Below are positions 40,579 through 51,148 of a stretch of 64,000 nt of DNA, in pieces. Source of the stretch: a bacterium (GTDB lineage: Bacteria; Electryoneota; Electryoneia; Electryoneales; Electryoneaceae); NCBI GenBank assembly GCA_963669175.1, contig OY769902.1, forward strand, positions 96,001 through 160,000, in the 5' to 3' direction. The position numbers and the translations under genes are program-made. Every line of letters starts with the position of its first letter. Position 1 is the first letter of the stretch. The notes under the pieces are model-generated. The model was not told the DNA's origin. It was given only the letters and a program-made list of their open reading frames with translations, and did not search any database.

Positions 40579-41121
40579 ATGGCGGCGATAGCGGACAACG
40601 TGCATGCAGCAATTCTCAACGACACCCCGGTAGGACGGGTGGTACTGGTTACGGAATCAGGACGCGTACGTCAGATCAAGATGAATGTTGACAACGCGGA
40701 AACGTACCTGCATGCCGTTGCCCCGGAAGCCCGGCTCGATACGGATGAGGCGAAAAAAGCCGCTGACGATATGAACAAGTACTTTGCCCGTCACGATGCA
40801 GAAGCGCTCCCCGATTGGGATTTTTGCGATGAATGCGCTCGGACGCCGTTCGTTCGGAAAGTATACGAGACCCTGCGGCGTGAAGTGAAAGCCGGGCAGA
40901 CGATTACCTATGGTGACCTGGCTCGAAAAGCTGGATTCCCCGGCGCAGCGCGTGCGGTGGGAAGCGCCATGGCGCGTAATCCCATCCCGCTGGTGGTGCC
41001 CTGTCACCGTGTCATTCCCGCTTCCGGATGTGTGGGACGCTTTACCGGTGGCGCTTCGCTGAAACACACCCTGCTGGAACTGGAAGGCGCTGTGGTGAAA
41101 GATCCATTTGCCAAAGAGTGA
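40579..41121 (+). CDS. ogt: Methylated-DNA--protein-cysteine methyltransferase
   Basis: GQTITYGDLA, AARAVGSA, NPIPLVVPCHRV active site, and K..LLELE. Confidence 0.93.
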   Translation: MAAIADNVHAAILNDTPVGRVVLVTESGRVRQIKMNVDNAETYLHAVAPEARLDTDEAKKAADDMNKYFARHDAEALPDWDFCDECARTPFVRKVYETLRREVKAGQTITYGDLARKAGFPGAARAVGSAMARNPIPLVVPCHRVIPASGCVGRFTGGASLKHTLLELEGAVVKDPFAKE

Positions 41122-41264
41122 TTGGAAGAAACGATTATTTGGAAAAGGAAGTGTTGATATTAGGGGGGAAACCTGTCAGGTCTGCCCCTCTTTTGGTTCT
41201 TCGCTGTTTCGAATGTGTAGACTACTGGTTGACTAATATGTGATTAAAAGGAAGGGCTTCCAAA

Positions 41265-41356
41265 TCACCTCGAAGAGGTGAAACTTGAATAGCGCGGGTG
41301 TGCAAACCCCGGGAATACAAGGACTACCACACCAATCGTCCCCGAAGGGTACGCAC
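41265..41356. repeat. REP/IS200-IS605-end-like hairpin cluster
   Basis: TCACCTCGAAGAGGTGA, CGGGTGTGCAAACCCCG and GTCCCCGAAGGGTAC hairpins in series. Single copy in this window. Confidence 0.5.
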
Positions 41357-41580
41357 ATTGGAGGAAAGCCTGATTTGTACATCCAGGCTCTTGAAATAAC
41401 AACTGATGATAGATATTATAGGAATGTGCGTCGCATCCCCGGCCACTATATATGAAGCAGCGAGTATTCAACATGCCTGGATCATGCGTACAGGATGAAC
41501 TTTGGTGTGCGCGCTCGCCTGAAGTGTGCGACAAGCAGGTCGCACAGAATCGGCGCGAGGAGAAGCGGTATGTTGTCTCC

Positions 41581-44500
41581 ATGCAAGCGGGAATCTATCG
41601 CCCGCTCCTTCCGGTTGTCCTTCTTTTGTTCTGCCTGGTTTTCCCCCTTTGGGCCGAGACATATGTTTCCGGTGAAGTCAGCGGCGTCTGGGATACGGAC
41701 GGCAGCCCGTATATCGTGGAAGACGATATTCGGATTATGGAATACGACACCCTCCGGATTGAACCTGGTGTGACTGTCGAATTTGCCGATCAGGATCAGG
41801 ACAATCGCACACCTGTGTATGTCTACGGCGCCTTGTTGGCGCTTGGTGAAGAAGGCGACTCAATTCTCTTCTCCTCGCCAGGTGCCGGATTTGGCGGATT
41901 CATCCTCAATCCGGAAGACGACCAGTTTACCTCCCCACGACTTTGTTTATCCTATTGCGTTGTAGATTCCGCTTATACTGGTATCCAAAGCTATAATGGA
42001 AGAATCAGCCTGTCAAACAGTCGTTTCTTCATTTCCGGGATATATGCCTATGATAATGAGGATGGGCAAGATTCGCTGCAATGGACAGGTTTTTGGGATC
42101 CTGACGGACAGCACGGGAACTCCATTTCTATCCGCTCATCGAGTTCGATCAGGATTAATGGTAACTACAATTCATTAACCAGTATGAATCTTCAATATTC
42201 AAATGTTGTCTATATATCACAAAGCAATATTAATGATATATCGTTTTTATATTGTAGCGCGACTGTTGAAACATCAGAAATAAACATGATATCTCCACTT
42301 TCCACAAATTTAAGGCTATTCGACAGTTCTGTTTTGAATACCATTAGCTTCATGTTTGGAGGAACACATGAATTCCTCAGAAATAAGTTGCGGGGTTTGT
42401 ATTTCTACAATGTGAGTTCTGCTTCAATTCAAGATAACAGGTTCATCTATGGTGGCGCTTTTATAAGAACTTCTGGGGGGACTTTTGCCATTAATGGAAA
42501 CATATTGAATAACGCTATTTTGAATAATCATACGGAAGCGGAAGTAAGAAACAACACATTCCATTACAATGACAATGGCATTGTTGGTTCACACTGGGAG
42601 GACATTTCAATCAGTCAGAATATCTTTTTTGATGCTGACGATCCCAGCCCTGCCATTCGCCTTGTGGAAGGAGCCACTCCGGAAGCAATAGAATACAACT
42701 GTTTTTATGGCATGTCTGTAGCGACCGACGGCTGCGAATTGGGCGAGGGCAACATCACAGAAGATCCGCGCATGCGCGCCGGTGATCCGTATGACTATCG
42801 CCTACAAGCCAACAGCCCCTGCATCGACGCCGGTGATCCCGATAGCGACAACGACTCTGACGGCACCCCGGCCGACATCGGTGCGTGTTTCTACGATCAA
42901 TCTATCAACAATCCTCCCTGCTTAACCGTGCCCAAACTGGGCTATTTTCAGAACGGCGCTCGTTTTCAGTGCAGTGTCAGCGCAACGGATGATGACGGCC
43001 CAATCCTACTGACGCCGGGTTTGTTGCCGCAATGGCTGGCCATGGAAAGCAGCGAACTGGACTGGCTGGGCGACACGATTTCTTTCGAGGGAACCATCCC
43101 TTACCACCAGGACGATTGCAGCTTTGAAGTTTACGCGATTGACGGCGGCGGATTGTGTGATACGGCTGTTGTCACGGTTTCCATTGATCCCCGCGCAATC
43201 TTGCAGGGTGAAATTTTCGGCACCCTTGAAGCCGCGTATTCCCCTTACCTGGTGACAGATGATGTGATTGTCCCTGATGGTGAAACTTTGACTATTGAAC
43301 CTGGAGTGACGATCGAATTCCTTTCTGAATTGAATCCTGACCACTATTTAACCATGACGGTGTACGGGAACTTGACCGCTTTAGGCGCTTCCACAGACAG
43401 TATCATTTTCACAGGCGATCGAGATGACACCCATGATGTTCTGTGGGGTGGTCTCATTTTACGGGAATTGGACGATATTTCACGTATGCGATATGTCCGA
43501 CTTGACCAGGCAGAACGAGGACTGGTCGTTGCAAGTGAATCACAATTAGTCATCAGGAATTCTTTCTTTACCGACAATCTGGATCAGTCCATATTTGCAA
43601 ATGATTCAGCATTACTTAGAGTTGACTCTTGTAGATTTATTGATCATGACAACACATTCTGTTTTATTAGGTCTAATTGTTCATTATTATCCTTGTCATA
43701 TTCTTATTTTTCCTCACCTAATGATGATTACGTCTTTTCGCACTTATATATATATAATTATTCATCATTAGATGCAAATAATAACACTTTTACAGATGGG
43801 GGCTATTGCTGTATAGATACACATAGTGAGTGTCAGATACTAAATAACACTTTTTTCTTTCTAGAATATGGTCTTGAATTAGTCAACGTATCAGGTGTTG
43901 TTGCTAACAATAAATTTCTACATTGTGGTGATCAAGGATATGGTGGTGCTATTTTGGTGTTTCCAGATTCATTGTCGATTATTAATAATATCTTTTTTTC
44001 CTGCCGTTCCGCTTTAAGGCTATTTAATTATATTGATTTTACTAATGCCCCTGTCATTTATAATAATATTTTCATGGAAAATAATATGCCTTTTGTTGCA
44101 CTTTATGATGAGATTGATTTACCTACTATTGCATATAACTCCCTATTTTGTAATGATACAATTTCTATTAACACAACGATTAATGATACTAATCTATTTT
44201 GTGACCCATTACTTTCGGATACTGTAAATTTTGCATTGCTTGAAGAGTCTCCTCTAATTGACTCTGGTCATCCTTCTTTTATTTATAACGATCATGATGG
44301 TTCACGTAATGATGTAGGATTATGGGGTGGGCCATATGCTGCCAATGCTGATCCGCCGGTCAATGAAAGCAAGGAAGACGCGACGGTATGCCCCACGGAG
44401 TTCAGTTTGGGAACATCGTATCCGAATCCGTTCAATCCAACTGTCACAATTCCTTATTCCCTTCCTCAACCTGAACATGTGACCATAGTCGTTTATAACG

Positions 44501-44673
44501 TGTTAGGGCAAAGAGTGGCTGGTTTGCTTGACGCCAGTAGCGAAGCCGGACATCATACCCTGATATGGCATGGCGTGTCCGATGCGGGCTTGCCCCTCGC
44601 TTCCGGCGTGTATTTTGTTACGATGAAAGCAGGTGATTTTTTCGATTCCAAGCGGATTGTACTGATGAGGTAG
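41581..44673 (+). CDS. Large secreted protein with two beta-helix modules, an Ig-like linker and a YPNPFN/FlgD-like C-terminal sorting domain
   Basis: Signal peptide ending PLWA. Two SPY.V.DD.....TL.IEPGVT.EF caps and two SP.ID.G.P...D.DG...D.G motifs. Tail YPNPFNP...YNVLGQ...WHG...LASGVYF. Start codon uncertain. Confidence 0.9.
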   Translation: MQAGIYRPLLPVVLLLFCLVFPLWAETYVSGEVSGVWDTDGSPYIVEDDIRIMEYDTLRIEPGVTVEFADQDQDNRTPVYVYGALLALGEEGDSILFSSPGAGFGGFILNPEDDQFTSPRLCLSYCVVDSAYTGIQSYNGRISLSNSRFFISGIYAYDNEDGQDSLQWTGFWDPDGQHGNSISIRSSSSIRINGNYNSLTSMNLQYSNVVYISQSNINDISFLYCSATVETSEINMISPLSTNLRLFDSSVLNTISFMFGGTHEFLRNKLRGLYFYNVSSASIQDNRFIYGGAFIRTSGGTFAINGNILNNAILNNHTEAEVRNNTFHYNDNGIVGSHWEDISISQNIFFDADDPSPAIRLVEGATPEAIEYNCFYGMSVATDGCELGEGNITEDPRMRAGDPYDYRLQANSPCIDAGDPDSDNDSDGTPADIGACFYDQSINNPPCLTVPKLGYFQNGARFQCSVSATDDDGPILLTPGLLPQWLAMESSELDWLGDTISFEGTIPYHQDDCSFEVYAIDGGGLCDTAVVTVSIDPRAILQGEIFGTLEAAYSPYLVTDDVIVPDGETLTIEPGVTIEFLSELNPDHYLTMTVYGNLTALGASTDSIIFTGDRDDTHDVLWGGLILRELDDISRMRYVRLDQAERGLVVASESQLVIRNSFFTDNLDQSIFANDSALLRVDSCRFIDHDNTFCFIRSNCSLLSLSYSYFSSPNDDYVFSHLYIYNYSSLDANNNTFTDGGYCCIDTHSECQILNNTFFFLEYGLELVNVSGVVANNKFLHCGDQGYGGAILVFPDSLSIINNIFFSCRSALRLFNYIDFTNAPVIYNNIFMENNMPFVALYDEIDLPTIAYNSLFCNDTISINTTINDTNLFCDPLLSDTVNFALLEESPLIDSGHPSFIYNDHDGSRNDVGLWGGPYAANADPPVNESKEDATVCPTEFSLGTSYPNPFNPTVTIPYSLPQPEHVTIVVYNVLGQRVAGLLDASSEAGHHTLIWHGVSDAGLPLASGVYFVTMKAGDFFDSKRIVLMR

Positions 44674-44824
44674 AGAGATTGCCAACCTTATGGCGTTTTG
44701 CTGTTTTGTGTGGGGCATCAATACTGTGATCACAGGACGAAACTTTCTGTCACGTCACCCCGGGAACGTTGCCGTCTAGCGTTGTCGTGATCTACTCGCC
44801 TGGACGATATTCTAGACCTGTCTC

Positions 44825-46567
44825 TTACTCACACCTTTTCAACCTGCTTTTCTCTTCCGGCGCCAGGTCCACCTTGTCAACCCAGCTCTTCAGATCCGGT
44901 TTCGCCTGAATCGCTTTCTCGATCATGGCCAAGCCTTCAGCCCTGCGGAAAACCATCAGGCTCTGCTCGCCTGCCAGAAACACGAGTTCCGGCGCGATGG
45001 GGCCTTTCTCGATGGCGACCAGTAACGCCTCAATCGCATGGACCGCGTTTCCATGAGCTGTATTGCTGAGTCCAAGTTCAATAGCGGCGTCCTGTTCCGC
45101 CCCGGCGGCATAGGCAACCTGGAACCATTCGACGGCGGTAAAAGGAAACGAGCGTGGTTTGGAGGTATGATAGTTGGGTTCGTAATCATGCCCGGCTGAA
45201 CGATACAAACGTCCCAACTCGAGGAAAAAGTGCGCTGAGTCCGGGCCGAAATGTTTCAACGCAGCAAGACACCGTTCACGATACTCCGGGGCTGCCTCCT
45301 CGCACCAGTCAATCCCAGCCTGGTACAAATCACGGACACGTTTGACTACTGAATCCGACACCTCCTCTTTTTGCTTTACGACTAATTGCAGGTAGCGAGC
45401 AAAATGAATCGCGAAACGCCAGTTGCCCGGATTCTGATCAAGGATGGTTTGAAACGTGCTTTCCAATTCAGTCGCACGATCAGACCAGAGCGCCTGTGAA
45501 AGTGTACTGATCCAGTAATACTCATCCTGTTTCAGATCGACCTCTTCGGATCCGGATGCCGCCCCTCCATTGGTTAAAAAATCTATATTCTTGAAGATTC
45601 GGTCACTCAGGTTCCGGGCAGAATCCGGCCAGCGTTGGCTGAAATAGAAATATGCCTGCGATTCAAAACGTCTGCGTTTTCCTACATCCCGTTTCAGCCT
45701 GTTGCCGATACTATCCGCGCATTTATCCAGGATCTCTTCCGCACGGTGTTTGTGGGTGTGTTTGGCCAGCACTTCACGTCTGCCACGTTCGGCAAACAGC
45801 CCCGCAAGTTCCGGTTGTTGCAGGTAATAGCGAATCTTGGCCAGCAGGGTCGGATGGGTATAGGTATCCAGGTGAACGCCCGGTTTGAACAGGTCGGTCA
45901 ACCCGTTGTCCGTGACTTCGGTCAGCAATAATGTGCCCGCGGCCATCGCCTCAAACACACGGAAATTCACCCCGGTGAAGAGATATTCATTGACCACCAG
46001 CCGAGAACGCGCGTAAATATCCGCAGCCTGACGATGAGTGAGACGTGTGGCCTTATCTGTCCCTCCGGCAACCTTGACCGTAAAATGCTCCTGAAGCGTA
46101 CGAAGCAGCGCTTCACGTCGCGGACGTCCTTCCACCACCCCCACAAAGCCGATATCATATTCTTTCTCACCGCTTGGCAACGGGTAATCCTGCGGATCAA
46201 TGGCGTACGGTAACCAGTGCGCATCAATCCCCTCTTCAGCAAGACGGGGCAGCGAATCCTTGAAGTCTACAAAAACACGGTCCATCAATTTCAGGTAATG
46301 ACGCAGCCAGAAATGGTTGAACGAGGAATCGAACGTATAAGCGGCAAGCGGGTAAGGGCAATTGGTGACACCACCGGGAAAAGGACGGCAGCCGAACAAC
46401 TCGAGTACAACCAGGTCAGGTTCAAATCCGGTATGGGACAGGATTGCCGGAATGGAGAAACCGATATGTTCTGCGGCAGTCTGCTGCGCAGTATACGCCA
46501 GAACCTTATGACCGAGTTGTTCGAATCCTTTGCGATACAGGGTACCGTTAAGGAGGAGTATGTTCAT
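44825..46567 (-). CDS. Glycosyltransferase (CgeB/GT-B-like) with a helical TPR-like C-terminus
   Basis: WLPYAID, YDIGFVG, NFRVFEAMAAG and H...HRA motifs. Confidence 0.85.
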   Translation of the reverse strand: MNILLLNGTLYRKGFEQLGHKVLAYTAQQTAAEHIGFSIPAILSHTGFEPDLVVLELFGCRPFPGGVTNCPYPLAAYTFDSSFNHFWLRHYLKLMDRVFVDFKDSLPRLAEEGIDAHWLPYAIDPQDYPLPSGEKEYDIGFVGVVEGRPRREALLRTLQEHFTVKVAGGTDKATRLTHRQAADIYARSRLVVNEYLFTGVNFRVFEAMAAGTLLLTEVTDNGLTDLFKPGVHLDTYTHPTLLAKIRYYLQQPELAGLFAERGRREVLAKHTHKHRAEEILDKCADSIGNRLKRDVGKRRRFESQAYFYFSQRWPDSARNLSDRIFKNIDFLTNGGAASGSEEVDLKQDEYYWISTLSQALWSDRATELESTFQTILDQNPGNWRFAIHFARYLQLVVKQKEEVSDSVVKRVRDLYQAGIDWCEEAAPEYRERCLAALKHFGPDSAHFFLELGRLYRSAGHDYEPNYHTSKPRSFPFTAVEWFQVAYAAGAEQDAAIELGLSNTAHGNAVHAIEALLVAIEKGPIAPELVFLAGEQSLMVFRRAEGLAMIEKAIQAKPDLKSWVDKVDLAPEEKSRLKRCE

Positions 46568-46640
46568 GCCTTCTCCCTGACTTCACGTCAAGTTTCCAAG
46601 GTAGGAATAAGGCAAGCACATCGCCAATAGAAAGTTGCAG

Positions 46641-47999
46641 TTAGAAAGACGATTGGTATTGAGCAAACGCCTCATCCATGGCTTGTTTTAATTCATTTTC
46701 CGTGGTCCCGAATGCAACTGCAAAATCAAAAGCAAATGTGTTGCCATCTGTGATATGCTGTTCACCCAGGTTGTAGAATTCCAGGCTTCCAAGGTAATCA
46801 ACCTGCCAGGGCGAGCTCAGATCCGTGCTGTTACTCCTGGTCATTTTCTGCCAGCGATAGGCTTCCGCTTCTTCCTCACTTGCATTCATCAGGTTGGTAT
46901 AGGTATCGGCGATATGGCTTTCAGGTTCAATCCCCAGGGCGGACAAACCTATGTACTGCCCATCCTTGAAGAAGTACATCATATTTCGTTCATCATCCCA
47001 CCCAACCGTCTCATCACCATACTGGCCCAGGAGTTGAGGCGCTATTTCAAGGGATATGTAAGCGTCCAAATCGTTGCCGGTAATATTTTCACACTCGCAC
47101 GAGTAGATATAAAAATCCCCTTCTTCCCATGCACATCCACGTATCTGGCTGGTAATAGTCATGATTGGATACCCAGCCCAACGCCTCACCCGCCATTCTT
47201 CATCAGAATAGATACCCGGCTTTTCATACATGAGGTCGCCCTCATTACCATCATTTTTGTCGAAGACCAGCGTATCATTGATGCCGATATTTATCGTGAG
47301 CCAGTCAATGATACAATTGTACTCACTATCGAAGAAACGCAACCTGCCCCACTCGTTCAGGTTATAGACAACCTGCTTGTCAATCGTTTCCACACCGGGT
47401 TCAAGACCGAAATAAAGCTGGTTGTCTCCATATTCCACCAGGATTGTGCTTGTCCATGAAATGAATCCATCACAGGAGGCTGTGAAGGAATGGGTATCCA
47501 CGCTTACATCTTCTAAAGTAAATGCTCCATACATGTCCGTCACCACATCGCGCCCGTCATCACAGTGTATCGTCGCGCCCTGAATCCCTTCCTGTGTGTA
47601 CATGTGCCGCACGACACCGGTGACATCACCCTTGGAATAATCTCTTTCCAGAACCACATTGTGAGTATTCTCGCCGGGATAGATGCTCAGAGTATCCACG
47701 TCCACAGCAAAGTCATACGAGGAAACAGTCACGACATACGTACCAGAGGGTATACCTTCGATACTATACTCACCCATGGTATCCGTGGTATCCATGTACA
47801 CGGAATCAACAGAAACAATGGCTTCGGGAACCAAAGCGCCGGTAAAATGATTACAAACGGTTCCAGCCAGTGAACCTGTTCGGGTTGGATCAAGAATGTT
47901 GTCGGAAGTGTCCTCTTCGTCCTTGTCACAAGCGGCAAAAAAGATGCAGGAAAGAAGGATCATACTGCAAAGTGTGGTCAGTGCTCGTGTCAACCGCAT
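46641..47999 (-). CDS. Lipoprotein with two carboxypeptidase-regulatory-like (Ig-like) domains
   Basis: Lipobox FAAC followed by an acidic linker, then two G...G.V....T...(V/I)..A.....D...TD..G.(Y/F) repeats. Confidence 0.85.
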   Translation of the reverse strand: MRLTRALTTLCSMILLSCIFFAACDKDEEDTSDNILDPTRTGSLAGTVCNHFTGALVPEAIVSVDSVYMDTTDTMGEYSIEGIPSGTYVVTVSSYDFAVDVDTLSIYPGENTHNVVLERDYSKGDVTGVVRHMYTQEGIQGATIHCDDGRDVVTDMYGAFTLEDVSVDTHSFTASCDGFISWTSTILVEYGDNQLYFGLEPGVETIDKQVVYNLNEWGRLRFFDSEYNCIIDWLTINIGINDTLVFDKNDGNEGDLMYEKPGIYSDEEWRVRRWAGYPIMTITSQIRGCAWEEGDFYIYSCECENITGNDLDAYISLEIAPQLLGQYGDETVGWDDERNMMYFFKDGQYIGLSALGIEPESHIADTYTNLMNASEEEAEAYRWQKMTRSNSTDLSSPWQVDYLGSLEFYNLGEQHITDGNTFAFDFAVAFGTTENELKQAMDEAFAQYQSSF

Positions 48000-48455
48000 A
48001 TGCAGCCCCCTGGAAGTTTAAGTTGGAGTACAACTGGCATACAGACAATTTCTTTCAGAGCCTGTTATAAAATAGCTGTAGAAAACGGAATGGATCAAGA
48101 GAAATCAATTCAGGGATGAAAAAATATGCCAGAATACTGCCAATATTGTATACGTTGAAGTATAAAACCAATATCAGGTTGGGACGCATGGGCACGTAAA
48201 ATGGGGGTATAGGGGCATAATAAGAATTTGGCTTTGACTCATTTTGTATAGTTGTTATCGGTTTTATTCCGTCATAACGGAGATTTCCTGGAAGAGGGGA
48301 CGGGATTCTTTTCCTCACGCATATTCAGAATATTCCGGAAGCTTTCATGGAAAAGAAAACTGTCTCCTTTTCCGTGTAATTCCTGCCTGTTCTCAAAATA
48401 AAGGGCACAGGTACCTTTCCCGGTTCATTTCTATAGTGAGTTTCCATGGCGATCA

Positions 48456-48524
48456 TGGACCGATATCCTCCTTGTGGACCGATATCCTCCTTGTGGACCG
48501 ATATCCTCCTTGTGGACCGGTATC
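48456..48524. repeat. Tandem repeat, 3.6 x 19 bp (TGGACCGATATCCTCCTTG)
   Basis: Units start at 48456, 48475 and 48494, with a partial unit at 48513. Confidence 0.93.
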
Positions 48525-48582
48525 AGTCTTGTAGACCGTTGCACTTGAACCGCTATCCAATACTCTTAGCGGGCTTTAGCCT

Positions 48583-48756
48583 GCTCTTCTTAGCACCCGG
48601 CTTCAGCCGGGGTGAAAAAATGCCAGCAATCATTATGAGCGCGCTTTAGCGTGCTTGCCTGGTACATGTCCCGATTCCTGAAAGCACCCTGAAGGGCACT
48701 CCCATTTCTTTTTATTCTCATGAACACCCCGGCTGAAGCCGGGTGCTAAGAAGAGC
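48583..48756. repeat. REPIN-like element with perfect 32-bp inverted arms
   Basis: GCTCTTCTTAGCACCCGGCTTCAGCCGGGGTG (48583-48614) and its reverse complement (48725-48756). Each arm is itself a CCCGGCT-hairpin. Confidence 0.92.
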
Positions 48757-49003
48757 CTGCTGAAGCAGGCTGATTATTTCTTTCGAATAAGTAAATCCAG
48801 CGGAACCACTATGATGAAAGAAAAGATTGAAAAATTGTACACGCTTAACCATACAGCCTTTCCATCAAGCCTCCCAATGAAGAAGACATACGCACAAACC
48901 TTCTTTTTGAGTTCTCCCCACAAGAATTAATGTCTTTGGCTATTTCGTACTTATTGACTATTTAGGGTTTAGATAAAATAGCGTTCTAAATTTATGCTAC
49001 TCT

Positions 49004-50794
49004 TTACTTTACCAGAACCAACCGTTGTACGGATGTATGATACGGTGTATTCATACGTACAAAATAAATCCCTGATGATAATTCTTCTCCATGAAACGCC
49101 ACCAGATGCTCGCCCGCTGCAAACGGCCTGTCACACAGGATTGCGGCCTCGCGTCCAAGACGGTCATATACTTTTACCTCAACCTGTACGGAACGGGGCA
49201 GGCTGAAGCGGATTGTCGTGCTCGCGTTAAACGGGTTCGGCCAGGCGGGGTGAAGTGTCGGCATATTTGGGATTTGCGCATTTCCTGAAGATGCCACAAC
49301 CACCTCTGTGGGCTCATAGGTTATTGTAAACAGGCCACCCGTTCCAGCCTCAAGCGTCAGCTCACGATTGTCCGCAGTAAACGCCGTGTATTCTTCACCG
49401 TCATGGGTAACTGCACCGATTCGCAGGTAATTGTCCTGTATCGCCAGCGGAGTCATTTTCAAGGTCCGTGCCGTGTCAGCCGTTTCAAATTCATAATACA
49501 GTGTTACCGGCCTGTGTTGCAGAAACAGGTTGCCATACAGGTAGATATAGTAGCCGGTTTCAATGGAATGGTATCCCGCCTTCCCCGAACCGCCCTTATT
49601 CAATCCCCATGTTTCTTCTCCGCGACGGGTACGGTTTTCATAGACATCCCCGTATTCGTGGTCCACGAAATATTGCATGAAAAACCGGGCGCTTTCATCG
49701 GCCATGGTCAGCAGGTCATTGTCTGCCAGTGGTTCATGCAGCATGAGTCCGGCAGTAATGGCCTGTTCCATCTGCCACCAGGCTTTCGCGGTGTCCGGGT
49801 TGCCCCACATCAGCATCTCCCCGGTCAGACGGTTATAATCTTTATATGGTCCACCGAAATCATGATCATAGCCGTTATCCCAAACCTCACGATAAAGGGT
49901 TTCTGCCGGTGTGAGCAGGGACTCATTGCCTGTTATCCGGTAAACCCGTCCCAGGCACCACGCCGCTTTCAGCACATGCCCCATGATGGTCATGGTCTCG
50001 CCTGTATCGATATTCCAGTCCGAATCGTATTCCTCGGCAAAACCGATCGCCTGTTCGTCCATGCTGCCGACCAGGTGTGTTTCGATCTGGTCCGCCATTG
50101 CGTTCATACGATGCAGGTACAGCGAATCCCCGGTCAGCAGGTAGAGGTACATCACGTGGGTGGTTATAGCATCTACGGTAGCATTGAAGCTCTTATCCCA
50201 GGCGCCGCTGCCCGTCCGGCTTGAAGCGTCGTAGTAGCCCTCAAGCCCTTCACGGTCATCCCAGTAAACAGCCTCAAGGTTATCCCATCCCTGCTGGATG
50301 ACGTCCCAGGCGTCAGAGCTGCGTGTTGCTTCGTAATAGGCAACCGGCCCCAGCAAACCATAGTGCTGGTTGAAGGCGGACTTGTTTTCGTTGATGTTTT
50401 CCGGGCTGCCGTCCTCGTTGAGGTTGCCGTACCAACCGCCATACGTATCGTCCCAGGCATGATCAGCCATCCAGTCCAGCGCATCCTCCGCCTGTTGCAG
50501 GTATGCCACTTCACCGGTGAGCATGAAGGCGCGTACCAATCCATAGGCGTTGCGTGTCTGGGAAATTATATGCTTGTTCGTGCCCCAGTTCGTGATCACA
50601 TTGCCGTAACGGTCAATATTTGAGTAAAATCCGCCCTGGTCATCATCCCAGGCACTTTCCCAGAACTGCGCACAACTGTCCACATAGGAAATCGCCAGGT
50701 CCGGGTTAAGCAGGTAAGGACACTGAACCTGCGCCAACGTAGGAACGGCTGTAAGAAAAACACCCAACAGAACAACACTTTTCACATGCTTCAT
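49004..50794 (-). CDS. Secreted AGE-family (N-acylglucosamine/cellobiose 2-epimerase-like) protein with a C-terminal sorting domain
   Basis: WDDDQGGFY, QTR..Y, WDDTYGGWY, GH.LK.AW, WWQMEQ and GYH motifs. Signal peptide and WPNPFN...SGIYF tail. Confidence 0.85.
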   Translation of the reverse strand: MKHVKSVVLLGVFLTAVPTLAQVQCPYLLNPDLAISYVDSCAQFWESAWDDDQGGFYSNIDRYGNVITNWGTNKHIISQTRNAYGLVRAFMLTGEVAYLQQAEDALDWMADHAWDDTYGGWYGNLNEDGSPENINENKSAFNQHYGLLGPVAYYEATRSSDAWDVIQQGWDNLEAVYWDDREGLEGYYDASSRTGSGAWDKSFNATVDAITTHVMYLYLLTGDSLYLHRMNAMADQIETHLVGSMDEQAIGFAEEYDSDWNIDTGETMTIMGHVLKAAWCLGRVYRITGNESLLTPAETLYREVWDNGYDHDFGGPYKDYNRLTGEMLMWGNPDTAKAWWQMEQAITAGLMLHEPLADNDLLTMADESARFFMQYFVDHEYGDVYENRTRRGEETWGLNKGGSGKAGYHSIETGYYIYLYGNLFLQHRPVTLYYEFETADTARTLKMTPLAIQDNYLRIGAVTHDGEEYTAFTADNRELTLEAGTGGLFTITYEPTEVVVASSGNAQIPNMPTLHPAWPNPFNASTTIRFSLPRSVQVEVKVYDRLGREAAILCDRPFAAGEHLVAFHGEELSSGIYFVRMNTPYHTSVQRLVLVK

Positions 50795-50996
50795 GCTCAC
50801 TTCTCCAGATCGGTTCATTACAAGTATACAACTCTCTGATCAGTAAAGGAACAGGACTATACAAACAGGCAATGCTCTGAAGTGACAAACCTCATCAGGT
50901 CTTATAGCGATTCCCATTATTATTCCGTCATGTGGTCATGTGCCAGATCAGTGAAAGGTCAACCATATGGTTGGAATAAAGGATAAGGATATGGAA

Positions 50997-51120
50997 AAAA
51001 GGGGACAGTTTCCTTTCCCTGGGGCAAAGCCTTCCCGCTGTGAGCATGGACCGGGAAAGGTGGCTGTCCCCTTTTCCCGGCAATCTTTATTATGTCGGAA
51101 TAAAATCGAGAACAGCAATA
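50997..51120. repeat. Paired AAAGGGGACAG palindromes plus flank, inverted homologue of ~48245-48372
   Basis: CCCCTTTTCCCGGCAATCTTTATTATGTCGGAATAAAATCGAGAACA resembles the reverse complement of 48250-48300. Confidence 0.7.
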
Positions 51121-51148
51121 TCACGTTGTAACAGGTCTTTATCATGTT

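Noticed and set aside
41581-44673. Diversity-generating retroelement as the cause of the variable segments
   Set aside because: No reverse transcriptase is present, and I found no template/variable repeat pair differing only at adenines.
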